A stretch of DNA of 43,817 nucleotides. It comes from Bacteroidales bacterium. Its GTDB lineage: Bacteria; Bacteroidota; Bacteroidia; Bacteroidales; UBA12077. Where the stretch lies: assembly GCA_028282585.1 (NCBI GenBank), contig JANQHR010000081.1:1-43817 (forward strand), read 5' to 3'. The notes under the pieces are model-generated. The model ran no database searches and was not told the origin of the DNA. It saw only the letters and a list, made by a program, of their open reading frames with translations. Position numbers and translations under genes: made by a program. Positions 8,366 to 18,735 of this stretch are shown in pieces; position 1 is the stretch's first letter, and every line of letters starts with the position of its first letter.

Positions 8366-11300
8366 TTATAACCTTACTCCCATAAATAAAACATCATCAA
8401 CTTGTTGTAATTTTCCTCGCCACTCAGTAAAAGTTTTTAAAACATAATCCTGTTGAACTTCCATAGGTTTATCACAAACATCAGCAAGCATGTTTTTTAC
8501 CCGGTCTAATTTAAACTTCTTACCCCTTGGCCCCCCAAATTGATCCGGATAACCATCAGAAAACATATAAATTATATCTCCCTTATGTAATTGGAAACCT
8601 ACATTTTCAAATTGCTTCTCAGCTTTTGGATCTCCTCCAATCGAAGCTTTTGTTCCTTTTACATATTGCAACTCTTTGTCTTTATACAAAATTAATGGGC
8701 GCATTGCAGAAGAGAATCTCATGTAATGCGTATTTACGTCAATTTCGCATACAATTATATCCATACCATCATGTGCACGTTCTGCGTCAATGTTCTGATT
8801 TAATGTGCTTTGCAATTCCTTATCTAATTGTTTCAATACGTCGGATGGAGACTCAATATCTTTCCTTAAACAAATATCTTTAATTAAGGTTGTACCAATC
8901 ATCGACATAAATGCTCCTGGAACCCCATGTCCAGTAGAATCGGCACAAACAATTAAGAATTTATCATTATTTACCTTATCGTACCAATAAAAATCTCCAC
9001 TAACTATATCCCTTGGCTCATAATAAACAAAAGCACCCGAAAAATTCTCATTAATAGTATTTACAGAAGGTAAAATACTTTGTTGTATACGTTGTGCATA
9101 ATTTATACTATCCGTAATATCCCGATTCTTAATCTCTAAGAGTTCCTTCTGCTCAACAACTTCCTTAGTTCTGGCATTTAACTCATTTTCCAGATATTCC
9201 TGTAAAGCTTTTTGTTTACGTTCTCTGTACTTTATAAAGAAATATATTGCTCCAACTCCAACTATCACGGAAAGAATTATAAACCACCAGGTCTTCCAAA
9301 AAGGGGGTTTAATGATAATTTTTATCTCGAAAGGTTCCTCAACACAATAACCGTCTGCATTGCAGGCCTTTAAAATAAATTTATAATTTCCATCTTCAAT
9401 TCTTGGGTAATATACTTCTCGGTTATTTGTAACCTTTGACCATTCCAGGTCGTAGCCGTCGAGCATATATTGATATGTAACCCCTTCAGGGTTACTAAAG
9501 CTTAACCCAACATAAGAAATATTTAGCTTGTATACTTTATATGGGAGCTGAATTGGCTTCTTAAAATCTACCGGTTCATCAGAGAAAAGAACACTTGAAA
9601 TATTAAGTCTGGGAGCTAATTTCACTTTTCGTTCCTTTGTGTGATCAAACATCACTAAACCATCGGTTGTTCCGGTAAGAATAACTCCATTACTTTGCTT
9701 AAAAACAGCGTTATAATTACAATCTCCGGTTATTCCAATTTCTGTTCCATACACTTTTATATCACCCGAACTTATATCAATACTACTAAGACCTAAACGA
9801 TGTCCGATCCACACCCTGCCAACATCATCAGCAATAATACTATAGCAATAATTCGATTTTAGTCCAATGTCAGTTGAAAAATGCCGAATACTGTCTTGTT
9901 CAAATTTAAAAATACCATCACCATAAGTTGCTGCCCAGATATCCCCATTAATATCCTCTGCGATTGAAGTAAACTCAAAATTAATATTACTCTCAATCGA
10001 GTAATTTAACTCTGAATTTATAGAAAAAATTCCCTGACTCTTTGTTGCAACCCAAGTATTATTTTCTGAATCAATATAAATAAATTTAATATTGTTATGT
10101 GGTAAACCTTGCGAAGTATTATATAATTTTCTTTGACCAGTTTTTATATCAAACTCGAGTGCCCCATCTTCCGTTCCTGCCCAAATTTTTGATTCGCTTC
10201 CCGTTAAAGAGTTGATCTTATTTCCAAGTGAATTATTTGATTTATAAAATGAAACTACTCTATTTGAATTTGCTTTTAACTGATATATTCCTTCCACCTC
10301 TGTTCCAATTAAAAGATTTTCACCGCGATCTAAATAAAGTGCAACAACCTTGTCGGCTGGCAATCCATTACCGGCATTTATAACAGATAAATTATTAGTT
10401 TCCTTTTCAATTTTAGCAATAATACCTTCACCTCCCAGCCACAAATAATCATCTGATTCTGTAATAGACAACACATTTCCATTAAACAACTCAAGGTTTT
10501 TATAATGTAAAGTAAATGCTTCGTCAACCAGAAAAGCCAAACCATTGCCATACGTAGCGATCCAATAATTTCCTTCCCAATCTTGAAAAACCTGTTTTAC
10601 AAAATTATTAGGTAATCCGTTTTTTGTGGAGTAATTAACAATATCAATATAGCTGAATTCTGTATCAACTTCCGGCATTAACTTATAAATACCATTACCA
10701 AACGTACTGATCCATAATGCATCATCTTTATCTTCTAATATGGCCTGTACATTCTCATAACTTAAATTATATTCTTCTCCCAGGTTTAGAATCTCATATG
10801 AATCAAATTTTTCTCCTTTTCTTTTTAGGAGGTAGAATCCTGAATCTTCTGTACCGATCCAGAATACTCCATCCGTGTTACTTTTATTAATGGTTTGAAC
10901 TGCAATATAATCCAGCTCATTTATTTTATATTCTTCTTTAAATTCATCTTCTTTTAATGAATAAAGGCTTAGCCCACTTGAAGTACCTATAAAAAAAAGA
11001 TTCATATCAGCCTGAAGTACTGAGTAAATTAAATTCCCGCTAAAAGCTTCACTAAACTTGGTAAGATTATACTCTTTATCAACTTTTATAATACCGTTAT
11101 TTTGAGTAGCAATAAAAACATTTCCATTGTAATCACCTGTTATAGTCGTAATTGTACTACTAACATCTTCTAAATCTAAAAGCTTAAACTCAATACCGTT
11201 GTAATAAGTAACCTGCCCTGAGTTATGACCCAACCAAAGAACTCCTTTATCATCTAAATAACTTGAAGTTACGAATCCATTTGTTAGTGTGTCATTCTCT

Positions 11301-11518
11301 GCACTTACTACAAATTCATAACCATCAAATTTACATAACCCTGCTCCCGTTCCAATCCAAATAAAACCATCCTTATCTTCATTTACGGTATAAACAAACG
11401 GATGACTTAATCCTTCCTCAATTCCATATTCTTTGAATTGATACATTTGCCCATAAATATTCTGAACAAAAAATATCAAAATCAGGATGGTATTAAATTT
11501 AAGTTTTTTGCCACTCAT
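8366..11518 (-). CDS. Membrane sensor: beta-propeller (Reg_prop) + Y_Y_Y + TM + SpoIIE/PP2C phosphatase
   Basis: Repeated D..G..WIGT..G blades; YQYMLDGYD..W; PPFWKTWWF transmembrane entry; VSGDFYW, DSTGHGVPGA, FSDGYPDQFGG and QVDD motifs. Confidence 0.92.
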   Translation of the reverse strand: MSGKKLKFNTILILIFFVQNIYGQMYQFKEYGIEEGLSHPFVYTVNEDKDGFIWIGTGAGLCKFDGYEFVVSAENDTLTNGFVTSSYLDDKGVLWLGHNSGQVTYYNGIEFKLLDLEDVSSTITTITGDYNGNVFIATQNNGIIKVDKEYNLTKFSEAFSGNLIYSVLQADMNLFFIGTSSGLSLYSLKEDEFKEEYKINELDYIAVQTINKSNTDGVFWIGTEDSGFYLLKRKGEKFDSYEILNLGEEYNLSYENVQAILEDKDDALWISTFGNGIYKLMPEVDTEFSYIDIVNYSTKNGLPNNFVKQVFQDWEGNYWIATYGNGLAFLVDEAFTLHYKNLELFNGNVLSITESDDYLWLGGEGIIAKIEKETNNLSVINAGNGLPADKVVALYLDRGENLLIGTEVEGIYQLKANSNRVVSFYKSNNSLGNKINSLTGSESKIWAGTEDGALEFDIKTGQRKLYNTSQGLPHNNIKFIYIDSENNTWVATKSQGIFSINSELNYSIESNINFEFTSIAEDINGDIWAATYGDGIFKFEQDSIRHFSTDIGLKSNYCYSIIADDVGRVWIGHRLGLSSIDISSGDIKVYGTEIGITGDCNYNAVFKQSNGVILTGTTDGLVMFDHTKERKVKLAPRLNISSVLFSDEPVDFKKPIQLPYKVYKLNISYVGLSFSNPEGVTYQYMLDGYDLEWSKVTNNREVYYPRIEDGNYKFILKACNADGYCVEEPFEIKIIIKPPFWKTWWFIILSVIVGVGAIYFFIKYRERKQKALQEYLENELNARTKEVVEQKELLEIKNRDITDSINYAQRIQQSILPSVNTINENFSGAFVYYEPRDIVSGDFYWYDKVNNDKFLIVCADSTGHGVPGAFMSMIGTTLIKDICLRKDIESPSDVLKQLDKELQSTLNQNIDAERAHDGMDIIVCEIDVNTHYMRFSSAMRPLILYKDKELQYVKGTKASIGGDPKAEKQFENVGFQLHKGDIIYMFSDGYPDQFGGPRGKKFKLDRVKNMLADVCDKPMEVQQDYVLKTFTEWRGKLQQVDDVLFMGVRL

Positions 11519-11524
11519 AGTTTT

Positions 11525-12493
11525 CTAGTTTGATTTCTTCTTTACACCAATAGAGTATTTATACTTAGGTACTCCTCCAATTGGGATTGTATAAAATGGT
11601 AAAAGTTCACCATACTGGTTCTTTACCGAGATCACAACATTGTTGTTTTTAACCGGAGGTGATTTTCTTTTTATAAATTGAAAATCGAGGGAGGTATTTT
11701 TTTCTTCATCAAGAATAACAAATTCACTCTCTATCCATTCATCATCGCCTGATACTTTACACGGTAAGCCCGCACGACCAACCGAAACAACACGAATAAT
11801 TCCATCATTATCCCAGTCAAAGTTCTTCTGAACAACTTTTATCGTTTTATCATCTATGTAAGGATAAATATGCGAAACTTCGTTAGGGTCATTATGCATT
11901 CTGAAACTGTATTCATAGGCAAAAGCATTTGCACCTTCAATGCGTTTGTTCTCCGTTTGAGAAGTACTCACAAAGTACTGATACATATTACCATCATCGC
12001 CTGTTACTCCTTCACAAATAATCTTGAATACGTAACCACCGTATTTTTCTACTAATTCCCCCTCGGTTGGGTTAAATGGACCAAAAGTATACCATTTATT
12101 ATCGTATCGTGGATTTTCTCCAAAAACCTTCTTTGCCAAAAGGTTACCACTTTTATAATCTCCCACCGGATCAATTCCTTGCGCATCTTCATTCTCAAAA
12201 GATCCAACTCCTCCATAAATGGAATATTCCATTTTGGTATCCCAAAAACCATTAATTTCATCAACTTCTCCGCCACAATCCGGATCAAAAACTCTAATAA
12301 ATATAGGACTTGTATGTTCTTTTGGAATTAAAACAAAAAATGTTTGTGAAAAATCATCATCGCCCCATGAGATATCCGCTTTATGTCCAAATGTCATAAG
12401 GTATGGAATATTTTCATCTTCGGCAGGAACAGGCTGTGCAAACATATTCACTGCAACTATCATTACAATCCAAAAAAATACTAATTTTTTCAT
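11525..12493 (-). CDS. Secreted hypothetical protein
   Basis: Signal peptide MKKLVFFWIVMIVAVNMFA-Q starting at ATG 12493; acidic WGDDD, FDPDCGG and FDWDNDG motifs; no recognised family. Confidence 0.8.
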   Translation of the reverse strand: MKKLVFFWIVMIVAVNMFAQPVPAEDENIPYLMTFGHKADISWGDDDFSQTFFVLIPKEHTSPIFIRVFDPDCGGEVDEINGFWDTKMEYSIYGGVGSFENEDAQGIDPVGDYKSGNLLAKKVFGENPRYDNKWYTFGPFNPTEGELVEKYGGYVFKIICEGVTGDDGNMYQYFVSTSQTENKRIEGANAFAYEYSFRMHNDPNEVSHIYPYIDDKTIKVVQKNFDWDNDGIIRVVSVGRAGLPCKVSGDDEWIESEFVILDEEKNTSLDFQFIKRKSPPVKNNNVVISVKNQYGELLPFYTIPIGGVPKYKYSIGVKKKSN

Positions 12494-12506
12494 ACTCAAT
12501 TTATTT

Positions 12507-13967
12507 TTAATTACCTCTTCTACCTCTTTCTCTTGAAGAACCAACAACTACAATATTTTTATACACACCTCTCTTTTGTGAATTTCCTTCTCTGTCTGAT
12601 CTGCTTACAACTCCTAACTGAACTATGTAAGTTCCAATGGTTGTGTAAATATGCCTTGCTTCGATTCCCCGTGTTTTTCTGCCGTCACCAAAATCCCAAT
12701 AATATTTATATATTTCAAAATCTGTAATATTCGTTTTTCTGCCGTCAAATACTACTTCCTGTCCCACCTCCACCGTATCGGGACAATTAATATAAACTTG
12801 CACAATATCCTCAATTTTAAGAGGATAAGTTGCTTGTGTATAAAAAACCTCGCCAGTTAATTTATCGATAACATTTAATTCCAGAGTATAATCACCAGGG
12901 CCACTAAAGCAGTGTTCTACCTCTAACCCTCTTGCCTTATAACCATCTCCAAAGGACCATTCATATTCTAGCATCGAAGTATCAGGATTTTCTGCCCCTT
13001 CCTCATAAAGAACGTAACAATAATTATTTTCTTCCTGACGTTGAGAATTCTCAAACATTGGATATAATGGTGTAAAAACATAAATATCATCTGATCTCCG
13101 TTGCCGGTCTGAGCTAAACATTCCAGATTTTTTAAATGCATCTATGATAAAGCCAAAATCATTATACCTGGTGTTTATAGGAGGATCCATGGCAATTGGT
13201 CTGTGCCATTCTCCATTTACTTGTTCAGTATAAAATATATCTAACCTTCCTTTTCCTTCATGTCCGTCCGAGGAAAAGTAAAGTCTGCCAGTACTATGAA
13301 TAAATGGAAAATATTCATTTCCTTCTGTATTTACTGTTGGTCCCAAGTTTTGAGGAGCTCCCCAGCCTCCGCCTTGAGCCTCGCATACATAAATATCTGT
13401 TCCTCCAAATCCTCCATCCATATCAGAAACAAAAAATAAATACCTTTCATCTTCACTCAAGGAAGGGTGTGCGACATTATAATCCGAATCATTATATCTA
13501 AAAGGAGTTGGAGTACTCCAACCACCGGTTCTTCTACTGTATTTTGAATAATATATTCCTAATCTATTGTTCTTATCGATAAAATTACCTATTCGTTTTT
13601 TAACATTTAAATTTCTTGTAAAATACATTTCAGATCCACGACTATTAAAGGTAGCAGGTCCCTCATTAAGATGAGTACGAAATTCTTCATTAAAAGTCTC
13701 AGGATCTCCCCATTCATTTCTTCCAACCTCTTCAACTATAAAAATATCTAAAGCAGGTAAACTTTCTTTTTCATCCGTATAATCGATAAACATGGTATTT
13801 TTTCGATTTGAGCAAAATACAATATCTCCTCTAAAATATACCGGTGCAAATTCATCGTACTTATTTGTACTAAACGGTAACAAACTTACCGAATAATCTT
13901 GTGAACTTGCAGGAGTACTAATTACACCTAGCAATACATATAGCCATATTTTCTTTATTTTTGCCAT
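12507..13967 (-). CDS. PD40 beta-propeller + two PKD domains, secreted
   Basis: PD40/PorE-like blades (FFVSDMDGGFGGTDIY, YFSSDGHEGKGRLDIF); PKD signatures WSFGDG and WDFGDG. Confidence 0.85.
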   Translation of the reverse strand: MAKIKKIWLYVLLGVISTPASSQDYSVSLLPFSTNKYDEFAPVYFRGDIVFCSNRKNTMFIDYTDEKESLPALDIFIVEEVGRNEWGDPETFNEEFRTHLNEGPATFNSRGSEMYFTRNLNVKKRIGNFIDKNNRLGIYYSKYSRRTGGWSTPTPFRYNDSDYNVAHPSLSEDERYLFFVSDMDGGFGGTDIYVCEAQGGGWGAPQNLGPTVNTEGNEYFPFIHSTGRLYFSSDGHEGKGRLDIFYTEQVNGEWHRPIAMDPPINTRYNDFGFIIDAFKKSGMFSSDRQRRSDDIYVFTPLYPMFENSQRQEENNYCYVLYEEGAENPDTSMLEYEWSFGDGYKARGLEVEHCFSGPGDYTLELNVIDKLTGEVFYTQATYPLKIEDIVQVYINCPDTVEVGQEVVFDGRKTNITDFEIYKYYWDFGDGRKTRGIEARHIYTTIGTYIVQLGVVSRSDREGNSQKRGVYKNIVVVGSSRERGRRGN

Positions 13968-13968
13968 A

Positions 13969-14910
13969 TTAAAAATATCTGGGGCTTGTAGCTCTAAATT
14001 TATATTTGAACTCGTAACGTAAAATCACTTCTAATGATCCATTATGTTGACCTGATAAATCTCCGCTAGCAATATCGTATGCAACGCCTGCTCTAATTTG
14101 TTCTGTAGCCTGGTATTCAGCCATGATGACCCATTCGTCGTCTCTTCTGTAAGAAAAGCCTGCCCAAATTGCATCGTATAAAATAAAATTTAAACTTCCA
14201 TCTATTTGATATGTGTTTTCTAATCGGTACCTAAATAAAACAGATGGTTTTAATTTAACCTTATCACTTAATTCGAATAAATATCCTCCTGTAACTAAGA
14301 AATCATAGTTGTTTGGTGATACTGACATTTTCTTTTGTGAACTTTCTATTTCGTATGATAATAATTTCGGCACAGATACTCCAACAAAGTAATTTTCGCT
14401 ATAATAATAAACTCCAAAACCAGCATTTGGGAATATTTCCGATTCATTTTCTAAAAGTAAATCATTTACTTCTCCCTCCGGATTAGCATTTATATCCGCA
14501 TAATCCCCTTGAAAAAACGTTGCTCCTGCTCTTAATCCTAATGAGACTCTTCCATTCCCAAGTTGAAATCTAAAAGCGTAGTTCCCAAATATGTCATAAT
14601 AGTTAGTTACACCAATTTCTTCATGAAATAAGAATAAACCTACTGCATTTTTTTCATCTTTAAATGGAGCATGGCTACTTAATGTTTGAGTAACCGGTGC
14701 GCCTTCAAATCCCATCCATTGGTTACGATATAATATAATGTTACTAAAAGATTCACGGCTTCCGGCATAAGCCGGATTAATTGCTAATCCATTTACCCAA
14801 TACTGACTATAAATTGGCTCATACCTTTGCCCAACCTTTAAACTACCATCCTGACTTAATCCCAATAATGGTATTAAAATAAAAAACCCTATGTATTGTA
14901 ATTTCTGCAT
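13969..14910 (-). CDS. T9SS PorP/SprF-family outer-membrane protein
   Basis: YSQY..NGLAINPAYAGS, YRNQWMGFEGAPVT, C-terminal SPRYF. Confidence 0.93.
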   Translation of the reverse strand: MQKLQYIGFFILIPLLGLSQDGSLKVGQRYEPIYSQYWVNGLAINPAYAGSRESFSNIILYRNQWMGFEGAPVTQTLSSHAPFKDEKNAVGLFLFHEEIGVTNYYDIFGNYAFRFQLGNGRVSLGLRAGATFFQGDYADINANPEGEVNDLLLENESEIFPNAGFGVYYYSENYFVGVSVPKLLSYEIESSQKKMSVSPNNYDFLVTGGYLFELSDKVKLKPSVLFRYRLENTYQIDGSLNFILYDAIWAGFSYRRDDEWVIMAEYQATEQIRAGVAYDIASGDLSGQHNGSLEVILRYEFKYKFRATSPRYF

Positions 14911-17900
14911 TAAAAGCGTTTAAGCACAATAAATCCTGTTTCAGTAACTGTACCTGAAGGTTTATATTTATAGAGTACAAAATAATATGTATCTTCAGAT
15001 AAATCTTTTCCATCATTATTTTTACCATCCCAACCTTCCTGGTTAGAATAGTTATCCAATCTGAAAACTTCCGTTCCCCAACGATTATAAATTATTAATT
15101 CGTTTCTATAATTTTCATTCAATCCATAAACAAAAAGAACATCATTTACACCATCGCCATTAGGTGTAAATCCGTTAGGCACAAAAGTAAAATCTCTCAC
15201 TTCAACTTTACGGGTAATTGTGGTATCCAGGCAGACTCCTTTTTTCACATACCATTCTACCGTAAATTCTCCTACTCCTGATTCCTCCGTCCACGCGTAG
15301 TTTGCTTCATTTTCCAAACTATCACCAATTGTAATGAAACTGTTATCCGTTCTCCATACACTATAAATTACCTCACCGAAACTACTGTTTCTATAGTTTC
15401 CCTTAACAGGCAGTTCCAGTACATTAAAAATAATAGTGTCGACATCAACATTAGCAATAGAATCATCAGGACTAATAATTTGGACATTCGTTAGATTTTC
15501 GTACATACTAATTTCTACTGTATCTGCATCCTGGCAATTCCAATTTGATTTTGACCAAATGTAATTGTAAGTTAAAGCTGAATCAACCGTAATAAATGGA
15601 TTCTCTATCTCCGTATTCGAAAATATTGTTGTTCCATCGGCAGGAATTTGAGTCCATATTCCATTCCCAAAAATTGGAGTTGCAGATAAGGTATAAGATA
15701 ATGAACAAACCTCATCATCGATTCCGGCAAAAGCTGTTGGAATTCCATATGCCATTACCACATCACTTCCGGTAATATCTACTGCCTGGCAAGTACTATC
15801 ATCCACCACCGATACGATCGTATAATCAAATTGCATGCTTTCAACATCCGAAACAGGATTAACAATTTCTGTAAAAGAGTTTGTTGTATTTATATTATTA
15901 ATATTATAAGACGAAAAACCGTCGCTATATGTTAATGTATATGGCTGAACACCTGAGGTTATTTTAAACTCGAGAGAAGTAGCATCACCACTGCAAACCG
16001 TATCAAGATCATTTGTTATTACAGCAATAGGTAAAAGATTAATATTGACTTCTATTGTATCACTTATGCTGGAACAACAATCATCCTGACCTGACACCAC
16101 TAATCTTCTATAAAAAATCGTATCTGTTAATGCCCCAGGTTGATAATCCTCATTTGTTCCGTTTGCAACAACATTGCTCCAGGAAACTCCATCCGTACTT
16201 TCCTGCCATTGATATCTATATGTTCCATCTCCATTAGTTGGTGTAGAGCCATTTATTAGCTCCGGTTGAGTATTATAGCAAGTATAAATCTTGGAACCGT
16301 TTTCAATAAAGTCATTACTTATTGGAAGTAACACATTTATTCTGATAGAATCGCTAATATCAATACAATCGTCAGATTGCACAGTTCTTCTATAATATGT
16401 GGTTTCAATAAGGTTTGAAGGCGCAAAATCTTTTCTTAATGAATCATTTATAACCGCCCAGGGAGTTCCGTCAGTTCTTTTTTCCCAATAATAAGCATAA
16501 GTTCCATCGCCTTTATCCGGCAAGGCTCCAATAATTTCATCAGGAATCTGACCCTCACATATTTCTTGATTTTCGGAAATAACATTGTTTGATATTTGAG
16601 GCAAACCAATAATTTCAATATTGGAAGTTGTATCGTAACAAGCCCCGGATTTAACTATACGTCGCACATAGGTTGTATCCAAAACCGTTCCGGGTAAGCA
16701 AATGGTATCATTTAAGAGTAATACAGAAGACCAAGAACCCTGATCAGTTCTTTGCTCCCAAAAATATTCATACGTAAAATTATCACCACCACTATCCAGT
16801 TGGATTCTTGTTCCTGTTATTGTATCTGCTTGATTACCTACACATATTATTAAGTCATCTCCAAATATATTATTATTAACGATTCGTTCCTGAACAATTA
16901 TTTGTATAATATTCCCTTTATCCGTAACAGCAGCAGACTCCACAATTCGCTGATAATATGTTGTATCTGATAATGCTGGTGGCTGGTAATCTTTACTGGT
17001 TGCACCAGCTATTTGCGTCCAGTTTTCACCATCAGGGCTATCGTACCACTCGTAAGAATATGTTCCGTCTCCTCCACGAGGTTCTGTACCAGAGATTAAA
17101 TTTGGAACTTGGTCTTTACATATTACCTGATCATCAGAAATCCAATTAAATAAGAAACCAGTTAATGGTACATCTGTTCCGGCTTCAGGAAAACCTTCAG
17201 CTCCCGGTTCTGCTTTATGTCTTTGAATATCAGGAAATAAATTTTCAGCATAACCCGAATTACCAGGTTCTGCATCAAAATCCGGAATAGCTTTATAATA
17301 CACAACCGGTCCGCCACCTCCGCCACCTCCAGGTCCAGATTGCTCATGAATTGCCACTCTACCGCCATTTCCACCATTGGTAGATATTCCAAAATTGCCT
17401 TCAATGTATTCAACATCAAAAACTACTCCACCTCCGGCTCCACCACCTCCGGCAGAAGCAGTAGCAATATCCATAACACTCTCTCCCTCCGCCAGTATAC
17501 TATCTCCATTAGATTTTATTACTTTTGCAATTATAATGACTATTCCACCACCATTTCCACCGGCTGTGGCCACAAATCCATCGGAATAAGTTCCCGAGCC
17601 TCCACCTCCTCCCATAAATATCGTATTATCGTCTATATAATCCTTTAAACCAAAACCTCCGGTACCTCCTAATGCATTCCAGTACTTTTCACCACCACCA
17701 CCGATATAATCCGGACTATCTTCAAAAGCCGGTGTAGTGCAAACAGATACATCTTCCTCCCCTCCAAAACCTCCTAAACCGGAACTACCACCGCCGCCAC
17801 CACCAGAAAACCTGGCATTACCTCCTCCTCCTCCATTGGCCCATTTACCAAATCCTTTTCGATATGTAGTATCAAAGCTTGCAATACCTTCTGCTTTGAA

Positions 17901-18548
17901 TCCTGCGCTTATTGTATCACGGCTTTCTTTAAAACTATTTGAACTATAAACCAGAGAATCTCTACTTGCACAATTATCTCCATAACTTAAAAAATCATAA
18001 TAGAATGGCTGTGCTCCCTTAAATCCTTTTCCTGACACGTCGATAGAATCATTTAGGAACAAGGTATCGCCAACCATAAGAACCACAATTCCACCTGTTC
18101 TGTCAGTATGATCCCATGGTTTACAAGTTATAGTACCATCTACAACCGCACTTTTATAAGAAGGAACCCTAATTATTTGTACAAATTCGTCAATATCATA
18201 ATCATTACTAAGAATTGCTTTTAAAATTAACCTGTTTCCTTCAACTTCTTGAACTAAAATAATTTCATATTTTCCTGCTTCTTTTATTTGCGTTCCACTA
18301 ACATCTCCGAATAAATATGGAAAACCAACTACATTAGGATTTGCCCCCTTTGCCTGGTAGATCATTATAGTATCATTTTCACCAAATAATGATGGATTAG
18401 AAACTTCAATGGTATCTTTAGTAGGATAAATAGAATCTACCGCAGCATATGAATTAATTATCCCTGAAATGGATGTTTGAGAAAAACCCAGGTGAGATAT
18501 AAAAATAAAAAAACCAATAATTAATATGGTTAAATTCTCCCTTTTCAA
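14910..18548 (-). CDS. Large T9SS type B CTD surface protein with glycine-rich domain and Ig-like repeats
   Basis: Type B CTD FVPNGFTPNGDGVND..IYNRWG..WDG..TYYF; poly-Gly motifs; about four GDGTY.Y.W..TTYYRR.V.S repeats; TTG start; TAATG overlap with the porP-like gene. Confidence 0.9.
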   Translation of the reverse strand: MKRENLTILIIGFFIFISHLGFSQTSISGIINSYAAVDSIYPTKDTIEVSNPSLFGENDTIMIYQAKGANPNVVGFPYLFGDVSGTQIKEAGKYEIILVQEVEGNRLILKAILSNDYDIDEFVQIIRVPSYKSAVVDGTITCKPWDHTDRTGGIVVLMVGDTLFLNDSIDVSGKGFKGAQPFYYDFLSYGDNCASRDSLVYSSNSFKESRDTISAGFKAEGIASFDTTYRKGFGKWANGGGGGNARFSGGGGGGSSGLGGFGGEEDVSVCTTPAFEDSPDYIGGGGEKYWNALGGTGGFGLKDYIDDNTIFMGGGGGSGTYSDGFVATAGGNGGGIVIIIAKVIKSNGDSILAEGESVMDIATASAGGGGAGGGVVFDVEYIEGNFGISTNGGNGGRVAIHEQSGPGGGGGGGPVVYYKAIPDFDAEPGNSGYAENLFPDIQRHKAEPGAEGFPEAGTDVPLTGFLFNWISDDQVICKDQVPNLISGTEPRGGDGTYSYEWYDSPDGENWTQIAGATSKDYQPPALSDTTYYQRIVESAAVTDKGNIIQIIVQERIVNNNIFGDDLIICVGNQADTITGTRIQLDSGGDNFTYEYFWEQRTDQGSWSSVLLLNDTICLPGTVLDTTYVRRIVKSGACYDTTSNIEIIGLPQISNNVISENQEICEGQIPDEIIGALPDKGDGTYAYYWEKRTDGTPWAVINDSLRKDFAPSNLIETTYYRRTVQSDDCIDISDSIRINVLLPISNDFIENGSKIYTCYNTQPELINGSTPTNGDGTYRYQWQESTDGVSWSNVVANGTNEDYQPGALTDTIFYRRLVVSGQDDCCSSISDTIEVNINLLPIAVITNDLDTVCSGDATSLEFKITSGVQPYTLTYSDGFSSYNINNINTTNSFTEIVNPVSDVESMQFDYTIVSVVDDSTCQAVDITGSDVVMAYGIPTAFAGIDDEVCSLSYTLSATPIFGNGIWTQIPADGTTIFSNTEIENPFITVDSALTYNYIWSKSNWNCQDADTVEISMYENLTNVQIISPDDSIANVDVDTIIFNVLELPVKGNYRNSSFGEVIYSVWRTDNSFITIGDSLENEANYAWTEESGVGEFTVEWYVKKGVCLDTTITRKVEVRDFTFVPNGFTPNGDGVNDVLFVYGLNENYRNELIIYNRWGTEVFRLDNYSNQEGWDGKNNDGKDLSEDTYYFVLYKYKPSGTVTETGFIVLKRF

Positions 18549-18592
18549 AGCTTTAAAAAGTTATATTTTCTTATAAACGGTTCAATATATAA

Positions 18593-18600
18593 CAAATATA
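18593..18600 (-). promoter_or_regulatory. Bacteroidota -7 element for the T9SS cluster
   Basis: Minus strand TATATTTG, about 45 nt upstream of the start. Confidence 0.45.
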
Positions 18601-18735
18601 TAAATAATTTACATGAATTAAGTAACTTTTTACTAAATAAAAACCAGGATAAAATCTAGTAAACACCTGTTTTATATTGATTTAAGAATAAATCATAATT
18701 TAGGCTATTTACTAACAGCTTGATAGAATATTTTT

